Origin: an uncultured Solirubrobacteraceae bacterium
GTDB taxonomy: Bacteria > Actinomycetota > Thermoleophilia > Solirubrobacterales > Solirubrobacteraceae
DNA length: 64,000 bases
Reading direction: 5' to 3'
Assembly: GCA_963702225.1 (NCBI GenBank)
Contig: CAVPBY010000085.1
Coordinates: forward strand, 6,663 to 70,662
In this document: positions 39,140 to 50,229 of the stretch, piece after piece
How the letters are laid out: every line of letters begins with the position of its first letter
Numbering within the stretch: position 1 is the stretch's first letter
Program-made: the position numbers and the translations under genes
Notes under the pieces: model-generated
What the model was told of the DNA's origin: nothing
Seen by the model: only the letters and a program-made list of their open reading frames with translations
The model's database searches: none

Positions 39140-42130
39140 CGGCTGCGGCAGATCGCGGGATGGGCGCAGCCGTCGCGCGGCGTGCAGGTCTGCGGGCAGG
39201 GCGTGACCTTCCCGGTGCGCAGCCCGCGGGCGAGCGCGATCGCCCGCTCGGCGGCACCGGCCAGCTCGGCGTCGAGCTCCGCGGCGCTGCGCACGTCCCG
39301 CGGGTGGGTCTCCGGGCCGAGCGCCACGCCGTCGCGGACCGCGCCCCGCGCGCGCAGGTCCTCGCCGCGCAGCGGCTGGTAGACGCCGGCGACCGGGTCG
39401 AGGCCGGCGAGGTCGCGCACGACGAGCATGTAGAGCGCGACCTGCAGCCGGCGGTCCAGGCCCCAGCGCGCGACCGGCCAGTTCGCCTGCGGCGCGCCGC
39501 TCTTGTAGTCGCGCACGATCGCGCGCGGGGGCGCTCCCGGCGCGCCATCGCAGGGCTCGACGTCGACGCGGTCGACGACCCCGCGCACCCGGACCTCGTC
39601 CTCGCCCGCGCCGAGCACGAGCGCGGGGAGCGAGGAGCCGTCCTCGGACTCGAAGCCGAACCGCCATTCGAGCGCATGCGGGCTCCAGCCGCTGCCGCGC
39701 GTCGCCTCGTGCACGAGGTAGCGGTCGACGTCGGCCTGGATCCCCCGCAGCGCGCCGGCGCGCACGACCTCGGGCACGCCGCCGGCGAACCCGCCGTCCG
39801 CGTCCGCGAGCCCCGACATCTCCCGGTGAAGCACCGTCCGGGCCTGCTCGAGGTTGTCCGGGGTGACCGAGCCGCCGAGCTCGGCGACGAGCGCCTCCAG
39901 CACCGCATGGATGAGCGAGCCGCGGGCGAGCGGCTCGGGCTCGGGCTCGAGCTCGGTCGGGTCGAGCTCGGCCTCCACGAGCCAGCGCACGGGGCAGTCG
40001 GAGTAGCGCTCCAGCGCGCCCGCCGAGACGACGCGCGTGTGGCGGACGTGCGCGAGCGCGGCGGCCCCGAGCCGGCGCGCGGCTCGGGCGGGTCGCCGGT
40101 GAGCGGCGCCCGCGCGGCCGCCGCGGCGCGCTCGGACTCCCGCTCGGTCGGCGCCCGGGCGGCCGGCCAGGTGACGTCGGCGAGCAGCCTGCGGCGGCGG
40201 CGCTCGCGTAGATCGAGCCCCGCCCGCTGCAGCAGCGCGGCGACGTCGGCGATGAACGGCGAGGGGAACGCGAGGTTGCCCTCCTCGTCGGAGCTGCGGT
40301 ACGACAGGAACAGCCGCTCGCTCGCCCGGGAGAGCGCGGAGTAGAACAGATAGCGCTCGCCCTCCAGCGCGTCCTCGCGAGCGCGCAGCGCCAGGCCCGA
40401 CGCGAGTGCCAGCTCCCGCCGGCGCTCGTCGGACAGGAACGGCTCCGGCCGGCCCGGCGCGGGGAACTCGCCCTCCTGCAGCCCGCAGACGAACACCGCA
40501 CGGAAGCGCCGCGCCCGGATCTGCGGGCGGAGCAGCGAGCAGCACCGCGCCGGCCGCCGGTCCGCCGTCGGCGCGGCGACCTCGAGCTGGCCGAGCAGCT
40601 CGATCAGCTCGGCGCAGGCGCAGCGGCCCCGGCCGCCCCCAGCTCGGCGAGCTCGTCGAGCGCGCGCACCAGCGTCGCCACGGCGCGGGCGTCGAGCTGC
40701 TCGGCGCGTCGAGCGCGCGGCGCCGCCGCGACGGCGCGGGCGCGGCGAGCAGCCGGCGGCCGCGCGCGCAGCTCAGCCGACCGTCGCCGCGCGCGCTCGC
40801 GGCGCGTCGATCTCCCCGCGGCGCCCGCGGCGCCGGCCGCGCCGCGAGCCAGCGCGACGCGGTCGCGCAGCGCCGTCGCGGCGGATGCTCGGCCTCGAGC
40901 CCGTCGGCGACCTCGCGGCGCTCCAGCAGGCCGGGGGCGCGCAGATAGGCGAGCAGGTCGGCCGGGCGCGCGTCGTCGCCGAGCCCGCGCAGCGGGCCGC
41001 GCCGAGCAGCGCGCGGCCGAGCGGCGTGTGGCGCAGCTCGGACGCCCGCGTCGGCGGCGAGCGGGATACCGTAGCCGCCGAGGACGCGGGTGAACAGCGA
41101 GGCACGGACCCGGCGCGCGCGGTGCACGACGACGATCTCGTCGCAGCGGCGTGCCGGCCCGCAGCAGCGCGAGGATCTCGCCGGCGACCAGCTCGGCCTC
41201 GGCGCGCTCGCCGCCCGCCTCGAGCAGCGTGACCACCTCGCCGGGATCCCCGGCGCCTCCCCGCCCGCCCCGCGGCGTCCGAACAGCTCGCGCTCGAGCC
41301 GGTGCAGGACCGCCCGCGATGCGGGCGCGTAATGCGCGTCGGACGCGGGCAGCTCGCGGACCCGCTCGGCGAGCGGGCGCAGCTCCTCCACCGACTCGGC
41401 CCGCGCGGCGAGCGCGGTGGCGGCCGGGCTCGTAGGTGAGCGAGACGGTCACCTCGACGCCGGGGATCCGAGCGAGCGTCTCGACCGCGTCGCGCTCGAG
41501 CGGAGTGAGGTCGTCGAAGCCGTAGACGAACACCGGTCGCGCCCCAGCTCTCCGGGTGCGGCGCGCAGCGCGTCGAGCGCCCGCCAGGCGAACAGCTCGC
41601 GGTCGACCCGGCCCAGCGCGTCGAGCTCCCGCGCGTAGGCCGCGTAGATGCGGCCGAGGTCGTGGGTGAACCCGGCGCGCCGGACATCCTGCGCCGCCCA
41701 CGCGCGCAGCGCCTGCGGTGAACCGCTGCGGCGTGACCAGCGAGCGCTGCAGCTCGGCGATCAGCTCGCCGGCGGCGAGCGCGAAGCCCCGCCCGCGGGC
41801 CGGGCGCTGCAGCGCGTCGAGCCCGTCGCGCCGCAGCCGTGCGATCACCGCGCGAGCAGCTGCTCGTGCTGCAGCGCCGACAGGCGCCGGCCCGCGTAGC
41901 CCGTCCGCGCGGCGATCCGGCCGACGAGGCCGTCGAACGTGAGCACCGAGCCGAGCACCACCGGTGGCCGCCCACCGCCGTCGCCGGCCGAGCTCGCGCT
42001 CGTAGTGGCGCGCGTCGCGGGCGGTCGGGACGACGAGCACCGCGCCGCGCGGGGCGGCCGCGGCGTAGGCCGCGAACACCTCCCCCGCCTTGGCGGAGTT
42101 GGCCGGCCCGGTGATGAGCGTGAGGGTCAC
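39136..42130 (-). CDS. AddB-like inactive helicase + PD-(D/E)XK nuclease, frameshifted
   Basis: Degenerate Walker A (GPANSAKA), YGFDDLT, GLQEGEFP, RGVVDRVD, DYKSG, LQVALY and a Cys-rich C-terminus. Its stop overlaps the addA-like start. Confidence 0.88.
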
Positions 42131-42190
42131 CGTCCCATGGTGGCGCGCCGCCCCGACGGCACGGTCCGAGCGGCGGCGCTCAGCGGCGGA

Positions 42191-44466
42191 TCAGGCCGCC
42201 TCGGCGGCGGCGGCGCCGGCCCTCGGCGGCCCGGCCCTCGGCCGCCTGCGCGGCGTCCGCCGGCTCGGCCTCGGGCGGCTTGGCGCCCTCGCGCGCCCAC
42301 GGCTCGTCGAACTCGACGCGCCAGCGGCCCTCCTCGGTCTGCACAGCGCCAGGCGCGCCCGGAACGACTTGCCCGAGCGGCCCTTGAAGCCGGTGACCGG
42401 CCGTGCGGTGCGCCCGGTCTTGATCAGCTCGCGCGCGACGGCCAGCGGCAGCTGCTTGCCGGCCTTGCCCTTCCAGATGACGAAGCCGCAGCCGGGATCC
42501 TCGCGCGACCAGCACGAGTAGCCCTTGCGGTTCTCGTTGATGTCGTTGCCGCACACCGGGCAGGGCCCGAGGTTGGCGCGCGGGATCCGCACGTCCTTGA
42601 GGGTGGAGTCGAGCTCGGAGACGGTCGCCTCGGCGAACTTGACGATGTCGCCCATGAACGCCCGGCGCGAGTCCGCGCCGGTCTCGATCTTCGCCAGCCG
42701 GCTCTCCCAGTCGCCGGTGAGCGATGGCGAGGTGAGCGGGTGGGCGCCGAGCAGGCGGATGACGTTCAGCCCCTTCTCGGTGACGACGAGCGCCCGCCCG
42801 TCGCGCTCGATGTAGCCGACCTGGAGCAGCCGCTCGATGATCGCCGCGCGCGTCGCCGGGGTGCCGATCCCCGACTCCTTCATCGCCTCGCGCATCTCCT
42901 CGTCGTCGACGAGCTGGCCGGCGGTCTCCATCGAACTGCAGCAGCGAGCCGTCGCTGTATCGGGGCGGCGGCTTGGTCTCCTTGCGATCGAGGGCGATCT
43001 CCCGGACCGAGGCCGACTCGCCCTCGTCGACCTTCGGCAGGCGCTGCTGCCGCCCTCGTCGTCGTCGTCGCCGGCCGCTTCGCGGGGTTCGGCCGTCCCG
43101 CCGTAGACCCCGCGCCAGCCGGGGACGAGCAGCACGGTGCCGCGGGTGCGGAACACGTGCTCGGCGACGGTCGTCTCGATCCGCGTGTTCTCCTGCAGCG
43201 CGTCCGGATGGAACGCGGCGAGGAAGCGACGCACGACGAGGTCGTAGACACGGCGGTCGTCGTCGTTCATCTTGTCGACCGGGTGGCGCTCGGCGTTGGT
43301 GGGGATGATCGCGTGGTGGTCGGTGACCTTGGCGTCGTTGACGACGCGGCCGAGCGGCAGCACGTCCAGGCCCACGACATAGGCGGCAGCCTGCGGCGAA
43401 CTCGGGCTGCCCGCCGACGAGCGCGGCGATCTCCTTGATCTCGGGGACCATGTCGCCGGTCAGGTAGCGCGAGCCCGTGCGCGGATAGGTGAGCGCCTTG
43501 TGCTCCTCGTAGAGCCGCTGGGCGGCGCCGAGCGTGCGCCGCGCGGCGAACCCGTAGCGCGATGAGGCGTCGCGCTGCAGCGAGGTGAGGTCGTACAGCA
43601 GCGGCGGCTTGAGCGTCCGCTTGGTCTTGGCGATCTTCGTGATCTGACCGGTCTGGCCCTCGCACGCCGCGACGACCGCCGCGGCCTCGCTCGGCGGACG
43701 GGACGCGGTGGCCGTCGGACCGTCGCGCTGGTAGCGGCCCGCGTAGGAGCGCCCAGCCGGCGCGTCGACGACGTCGAAGCGGGCGTCGACGACCCAGTAG
43801 GGCTCGGGCTTGAACGCCCGGATCTCCTCCTCGCGCCGGGCGAGGATCGCGAGCGTCGGCGTCTGCACGCGGCCGAGCGAGACCGCTCCGTCGAACGAGG
43901 AGCGCAGGCGGATCGTCGCCGCGCGGGTGGCGTTCATGCCGACGATCCAGTCGGCCTCCGAGCGCGAGCGGGCGGCCTCCTCCAGCGGTGCGTACTGCGC
44001 GGCCGGCCGCAGGTCGCCGAATGCGGTCTTGATCGCGGCCTTCGTCATCGAGTTCAGCCACAGCCGCTGGACGGACTTCCTGGAGCCGGCCTTCTCGTAC
44101 AGGTAGGCGAAGATCAGCTCGCCCTCGCGGCCGGCGTCGCAGGCGTTGACGACGCCCTCCACGTCGTCGCGCGCGAGCAACCGCTTGACGACGTTCATCT
44201 GCTTCTTGGAGCGCTCGTCGCGGACGACGAGCTTGAAGCGGGCGGGCACGATCGGCAGGTCGGCCATGCGCCACTTCTTGTACTTCTCGTCGTACTCATC
44301 GGGATCGGCGAGCTGCACGAGATGGCCGACCGCCCAGGAGATGACGTGCGTGTCGCTCTCCAGATGGCTCGCCCTTCGGCCCCTGCTTGGTGAACGCGCC
44401 GGGCAGCACCTTCGCGAGCTCCTGCCCGACCGACGGCTTCTCCGCGATGACGAGAGTCTTCCCCAT
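42191..44466 (-). CDS. topB: Type IA DNA topoisomerase III, frameshifted
   Basis: IAEKPSVG, WAVGHL, ACDAGREGELIF, GRVQTPTL, LTYPRT, TDHHAIIPT, GIGTPATRA and C-terminal GFKGRSGKSF. Confidence 0.93.
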
Positions 44467-44520
44467 GGTTCGCGGAGGGTAGCGACCCCCGCCCGTGCCC
44501 CCAAGCCGGTGGACGATCAG

Positions 44521-47500
44521 TCAGTCGACGCGGGCGGCGAGCGTCCCGGCGACCCGGGCGACCCGGGCCAGGCCGAGCTCCTGCGCCGTCCGCGCCGCCG
44601 CCGCGACCAGGTCCCGTGCCCGCTCGGAGGCGCCGAGCGCCTGCGCGAGCTCGAGCTGGGTCGTGGCGACGTGGACCTCGCGCCGAGCGCGGTGTTCGTC
44701 CGCAGCGCCCGCTCGAGGTGGACGAGCGCCTGCTCGCGCCGGCCGCAGACGAGCGCCAGGCGGCCGAGGCTGAGCGACACCGAGCCCCAGCAGACGGCCG
44801 CCAGCGCCGAACACGAGCACCGCGTCGGCGTACGGCGCGAGCCGCTCGTACAGCGTCTGCGCCCGCGCCCGGTCCTCGAGCGCGCACGCCACCTGCGCGA
44901 GCAGCACCGTCACCCCGAGCCAGTCGCCGTCGGCCGGGATCGCCGGTGCGTCGTCGGCGAGGAGCGCCTCCAGCTCGGCGCGCGCCCGCTCGGGCTCGCC
45001 GGCGTCGACCAGCCAGTTGGCGGCGTCCGCGCGCCAGGTGACCCGCCGCGTCTCCTCGCGCGTCGCGGTGATCGGCTCCTCCAGCTCGCGGCTGCGGTCC
45101 TGCTCACGGCGGATCGCGAGCATCTGGGTGAGGTGATAGTGGGAGGCGGCCGGCCCCTCGATCCGGATCCCGGCGGCGAACGCCTCCGCGGAGAGCCGCT
45201 CGGCGTCCGCCAGGCGGCCGTCGAGCAGCGCCAGCATCGCCCGCCAGGTGAGCACGTTCCAGGCCAGGCGCGGCTGGCGCAGCGGCTCGGCCTCCAGCGC
45301 GAACGCCTCGATCTGGGCCTCGACCGCCCCCCGGTCGCCGGCCTCCAGCAGGTCGAGCACGAGCCACAGGTGGCCCTGGAGCGTGAGCTCGACGTCGCCG
45401 GCGTCGCGTGCGGAGCGCAGCAGCATCGTGGAGTCCGCCAGCCGCCGCTCGAGCTGGTCGGGTCCCCACCACGCGCGCCGGCGCGCCCCGCGGCGAGTGC
45501 GGCCGCTTCGGGATCGCCCAGGTGCGCGGCGATCGACGTCGCCCCCGCCGACAGCCGTCGCATGTCGTCGCGCCGCGCGGTGAAGTAGAGCGCCACGCAC
45601 AGCCGGGCGAGCAGCCGCACGCGCGTGACCGAGCGCTCGCCGGCGGTCCGCTCGAGCGCGAGCTCCAGCAGCTCGATCAGATCCGGCTCGACGAGGCCGG
45701 GCGGCTGGATGAACCGCCGTGAGGCCTCGACCGCCGTCCGGATGAGCGCGTCACGATCGCCGAGCGCGAGCGCGAGCGCCGCCGCCTCCCGGAACGCCGG
45801 CCAGGCCTCGACGCGGTCGCCGCTGCGCAGCCGCGCCTCGCCGAGCTCGAGCAGCAGCGACAGCCGGCGCTCGCGGGCGGCGCCGGGCGCGACCGTCCGG
45901 TCGAGCACCTCGAGCGCGCGGGCGTAGTGCTCGGCGGCCTCCTCGTGGGCGAGCATGTCGGTCGCCTGCTCGCCGGCCGCCAGCGCGTAGGTGATCGCCC
46001 GCTCGGGGTCACGCGCGTCGCCGGCGCGGGTGAAGTGGTGAGCGAGCGCCGCGATCTCGCTCTCGGTGGGGACCGGGTGGGCGGGGTCGACGTTTCCCCG
46101 TCGCTGCGGATCGCGGCCCGGTCCTCGAGCGCGAGCCCGACCCGGTGGTGCATCCGCAGCCGGCGCGCGGACGAGGTCCCGCCGTAGAGCGTCTCGCGCA
46201 CGAGCGCGTGCGAGAACATGTACCGGCCGTGGGCGCCGGGCGCCTCGGCGATCAGCCGCGCGTCGAGCGCCTCCTCCAGCGCCTCCAGGAAGCGGTCCTC
46301 GTCGAAGCCGAGCACCGCCTCCAGCAGCGAGGCCTCGAACTCGCGGCCGATCACCGCGGCGCCGCGCAGCCATTCCAGCCCGTCCGCGCTCAGCCGCGCC
46401 AGGCGCCGGGAGATGAGCGCGCGCACGTCCTCGGGCAGGCCGACCCGCCGCAGGTCGCCGAGCCCCGCCTGAAGCGGCGGCACGCCGGACTCCTGCAGGT
46501 GGCGGACGAGCTCGGACAGGAACAGCGGATTGCCCTCGGTCTCCTCGTACAGCGCGCGCTGCAGCGCCGCCGACGGGGTCCCGCCGGCGCGCAGGCGCAG
46601 CAGCTCGACCGCGTCCACCGGGTCCAGGCCGGCGATGTCGAGGCCGCGGACCAGCCCCTCGCGGCGCAGCGGCGCGACGGTCGCGGTGAGCTCCGCGGCG
46701 CCGGGCTCGCCGGTCCGGTAGGCGCCGAGGATCCGCAGCCCGGCCGCGTGCGGCGAGCGGAGCAGGTGGCGGAGCATGAGCAGCGTTGGGCGGTCGGCCC
46801 AGTGCAGGTCGTCGAGCGCGATGAGCAGCGGCCCGGAGGCGGCGACCGAGCCGAGCAGGTCGGCGACCGCCTCGAACAGGCGGTAGCGGTCGGTGTCGGG
46901 GTCGCGCGCGCGGCGCCGGCAGCTCCGGCAGCCGGCGACGGATCTCCGGGATCAGCCGCGCCAGGTCCGCTCCCGCCTCGCCGGAGCGCTGGACCGCGGC
47001 CCGCAGCTCGGCGATCGGAGCCGCGAACGCGAACTGGCCGATCGCCTCCAGCAGTGGCTGGTAGGGCACGAGTACCTCGTCGGGCGCGTGGCCCGCCAGC
47101 ACGATCGCGCCCGCCTCGTGCAGCTCGGAGGCGAGCTCGGCCTGCAGGCGGCTCTTGCCCATGCCCGGCTCGCCGGCGAGCAGCAGCATCCGCTCACGCG
47201 CGTTTGCCCACCAGTCGCGGATCGCGGCCAGCTCACGGTCGCGACCGACGATCGCGTCCTCGGCGAGCACGCGCAGCGCCCCGGGCAGCTCGAAGCTCGG
47301 TCCGGCCGGCGGGGGCGGTCGCCTCCGTCTCCTCACGGCCGCGCGGGCGTGACGCGGCGCCGCCCATCCCGAGCAGCCGCTCCTGGACGACGATCACCTC
47401 GGGGGAGGGCGCCGTGCCCAGGTCGTCGCGCAGCAGCCGCCGCAGGCGCTCGAACACGCGTACCGCCTCCGCGATGTTGCCCTGCGCGGCGAGCGCCTCC

Positions 47501-48126
47501 ATCAGCAGCACGTAGCCGGACTCGCGGAACGGCTCCAGCTCGATCAGCGCCCGGCCGGCGCGCTCGACCGATCCGAGCTGCGTGCCGCCGAGCTCCAGGC
47601 CGGCCCGGCCGATCACCTCGAGCGCCTGCAGCCGCAGCTCGGCGAGCTCCCGCCGGCGCGGCTCGACCCAGCCCGCCTGGACGCCGGGAAGCAGGCCGCG
47701 GCCGGCGATGTTGAGCGGCACCTGCGCGAGCGCCCAGGCCCCGCGCGCGTCGCCGCGGTCCAGCGCCGCGGAGGCACGCGGCAGCTGCGCGGCGGCCGCC
47801 TCGAGGTCGATCCACACCGGCTCGGGCAGCTCGAGCGCCACCTCGTCGCGCCCGACGACCGTGTCGGACCCGAGCACCGAGCGCAGCCGCGAGAGCAGCG
47901 TCCGCAGCGCCGCGTCCTGGGAGCGCGGCGCCGAGTCGGGCCACAGCGCCTCGGCCAGCTCGTCTCGTGACATCGCCCGCTCGCGGCACAGCACCATGTA
48001 CGCGAACAGCAGCGGCACCTGCCGGCCGCGCAGCCGCCCGACCAGCTCCACGCCGTCGACCTCGATCGACAGGCGCCCGCAGAGCTGGATCCGGGCCCTC
48101 TCCCTCGTGCTCCGAACCTCTGGCAA
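44521..48126 (-). CDS. SARP-type (wHTH + BTAD) regulator fused to an AAA/STAND ATPase and helical repeats, frameshifted
   Basis: RDELAEALWP, LSRLR, EPFRESGY, LRDDLGTAPS, VGRDREL, GEPGMGKSRL, LDDLHWAD, TEGNPLF and FSHALVRE. Confidence 0.9.
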
Positions 48127-48150
48127 CGTTATGGAAACGTACCGCCAACG
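48121..48150 (+). promoter_or_regulatory. Three direct repeats at 11-bp phase (putative SARP binding site)
   Basis: GGCAACG (48122), GGAAACG (48133) and GCCAACG (48144). Confidence 0.55.
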
Positions 48151-48261
48151 GGGCCATGGCAGGGTTCCGACCGGTGGCCATGAGTCAGGTCACCACGCGA
48201 CGGACAGCCGTCCAGGGCGTCCGTCGCGAGGAGTGCCGTCAAAGGCATCAGTCAGGAACCC

Positions 48262-48459
48262 ATGACCGACACCACTGAAGAGCACGCCCGGATCGCGTAC
48301 TGCGAGTGTGGGGCACGTCTCGCCGGCAACAGCCGTGGCGAGCTCTTCGAGGCGGCGCAGTCGCATATCGCACATCACCACCCTGAGCTCCTGGGGGCAG
48401 TTGGGGCGGATGTGGTGAGCCAGATGACGCAAGTGCGACCGGGGGCAGTGAGCGCCTAG
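48262..48459 (+). CDS. DUF1059-like small metal-binding protein
   Basis: 65 aa with CECG...ELFEAAQSHIAHHHPE. AGGA RBS upstream. Confidence 0.75.
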   Translation: MTDTTEEHARIAYCECGARLAGNSRGELFEAAQSHIAHHHPELLGAVGADVVSQMTQVRPGAVSA

Positions 48460-48669
48460 CGGCGGGCGGCGTGCAGACCGCCGCTCGCCTGGGCGCCACA
48501 TACGCATCGGGGGATGGAGGGTCAGGACGGTCGGTTCCGCGGTCCGTGGGGGCCCGCGGGACCGACTGCCCTCCCTCCGCCGCCTCGGCCGGCGGCGCGA
48601 TCTCGTGCTCCGGGCCGGAGCGGGGTGGCATGCCGTGACGCCGGGCACCGGGGCGGAACGGCGCTGGGG

Positions 48670-48785
48670 GGCGGGTGTGTCGCCGGCGTCGCGCCCACTG
48701 CGCCGACGCGTGCGACAAACCCGGTGCGGCGGAGGCGGGTGTGTCGCCGGCGTCGCGCCCACTGCGACGTGTGTGACAAACCCGG
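48670..48785. repeat. Tandem duplication of a ~62-bp palindromic unit (REP-like)
   Basis: GGCGGGTGTGTCGCCGGCGTCGCGCCCACTGCG occurs twice, 64 bp apart. Each unit is closed by G(C/T)GACAAACCC, which pairs with GGGTGTGTCGC. Confidence 0.8.
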
Positions 48786-48954
48786 GGCGCGGGACGCCAG
48801 ATCGTCGCCCACGGACGACGGACCACCTGCGCGAGTGGTGGGCACACGGGGTGGCCCTCCTCACGGGCGCACGCACAGCGCGACGGGGACGACGGCGGTC
48901 AAGCAGCGCCGCTCACGCCCCCCGAACCCGGCAGCGCCCGTCGCCCGGCCGGCG

Positions 48955-50112
48955 TCACTCGGCGCAGTGCCCGGTGCTCACCGGCAGGCGCTGCGCCGCG
49001 CCCCGGGCCACCACGCTCCGCACGACCCCGTCGGGGATCGCGAACCCGCCGGGCCGGGAGGTCCCGGTGATCGCGGCGAACACGGTCGCGAGCACCTGGC
49101 CGTTGCCGTCGACGAGCGGGCCGCCGGAGTTGCCCGGCTTGACCGTGCCGCGCAGCGCCGCGATCTGGCGCATCACGTGCCCCTGGCCGTACGCGTTCTG
49201 GGTGTCGACCTGCTGGACCCGGCCGAGCCGGGCCGCCCGGGCCCGGAACGGGCCGTCGAGCGGATAGCCGAGGATCGCCGCCGGCTCGCCGATGCGGGGG
49301 TCGGGGGCCATCGTCAGCGGCGAGAGCGGGAGCGCGCGGGCCCGGAGCACCGCGAGGTCGTCGCGGACGTCGAAGGCGACGACCGTCACCCGGATCGCCG
49401 GGCCGTCGCCGTCGACCTGGATCTCGGTGTCGCGCTCGCCGGCCACCACGTGGGCGTTGGTGACGATCAGATCCGGAGCGGCCACCCAGCCGCTTCCCTC
49501 GATCCCCAGGCCGCACGCCATCCCGTACACCTTGACGACGCTCGCCCGCGCGAACCGGGCGCCCGGGGCGGCGAGGATCGCGCCCGTGGGGGCGGGGACG
49601 TCGGCGGCCGGTCCGTGGACGATCGGCAGCGGGTCGATGTGCGAGAGCGCGCCGATCACCAGCTGTGAGGGCGGCAGCACCCGGTCGAGCGCCCGCAGGA
49701 TCTGCGAGCCGTCGATGTCGGAGCGCAGCGGCCGCGAGCTGGAGCTGTCGAGCGCGATCACCCCCGCGATCCAGGCGATGCCGAGCGCGATCGCGCCGGT
49801 GAGGAGCGCGCCCAGCAGCCCGTCGAGCGCGCGGAACCCCGGCACCCGCAGCCGATCGCGCAGCCGTCCGCCGAACGCCTCCAGGCCGCTCGCGCAGACG
49901 CCGCCGACGAGCAGCGCGCCGATGAGCGTGAACAGCGCCGCGTCGGTCGAGCGCGCGCCGCCGCGCAGCAGCAGCGGGGCGATCCGGGTGCCGAGGAACG
50001 CCCCGACCGCGAATCCGATCAGCGACAGCGCGCCCACCAGGAACCCCTGCGCGTACCCGTAGAGGGCCAGCAGCGCGGTGAAGCCGACGATCACCCAATC
50101 GAGCATGGACAA
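48955..50112 (-). CDS. MarP-family membrane serine protease (CvpA-like TM domain + trypsin domain)
   Basis: Four N-terminal TM helices, ACG..EGSG, TNAHVV, DLAVL and GNSGGP. Confidence 0.93.
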   Translation of the reverse strand: MSMLDWVIVGFTALLALYGYAQGFLVGALSLIGFAVGAFLGTRIAPLLLRGGARSTDAALFTLIGALLVGGVCASGLEAFGGRLRDRLRVPGFRALDGLLGALLTGAIALGIAWIAGVIALDSSSSRPLRSDIDGSQILRALDRVLPPSQLVIGALSHIDPLPIVHGPAADVPAPTGAILAAPGARFARASVVKVYGMACGLGIEGSGWVAAPDLIVTNAHVVAGERDTEIQVDGDGPAIRVTVVAFDVRDDLAVLRARALPLSPLTMAPDPRIGEPAAILGYPLDGPFRARAARLGRVQQVDTQNAYGQGHVMRQIAALRGTVKPGNSGGPLVDGNGQVLATVFAAITGTSRPGGFAIPDGVVRSVVARGAAQRLPVSTGHCAE

Positions 50113-50229
50113 CGCCGGGAGAGTATGCGCGCTCGCGGCCGGCGTGGGACCGGATCACCCGTCCGGGCGAGGGATGGAGGGGGTGGGCGGGGCCGGAATC
50201 CCGCGCGATTGACTACCGTTCCGCGCAGC

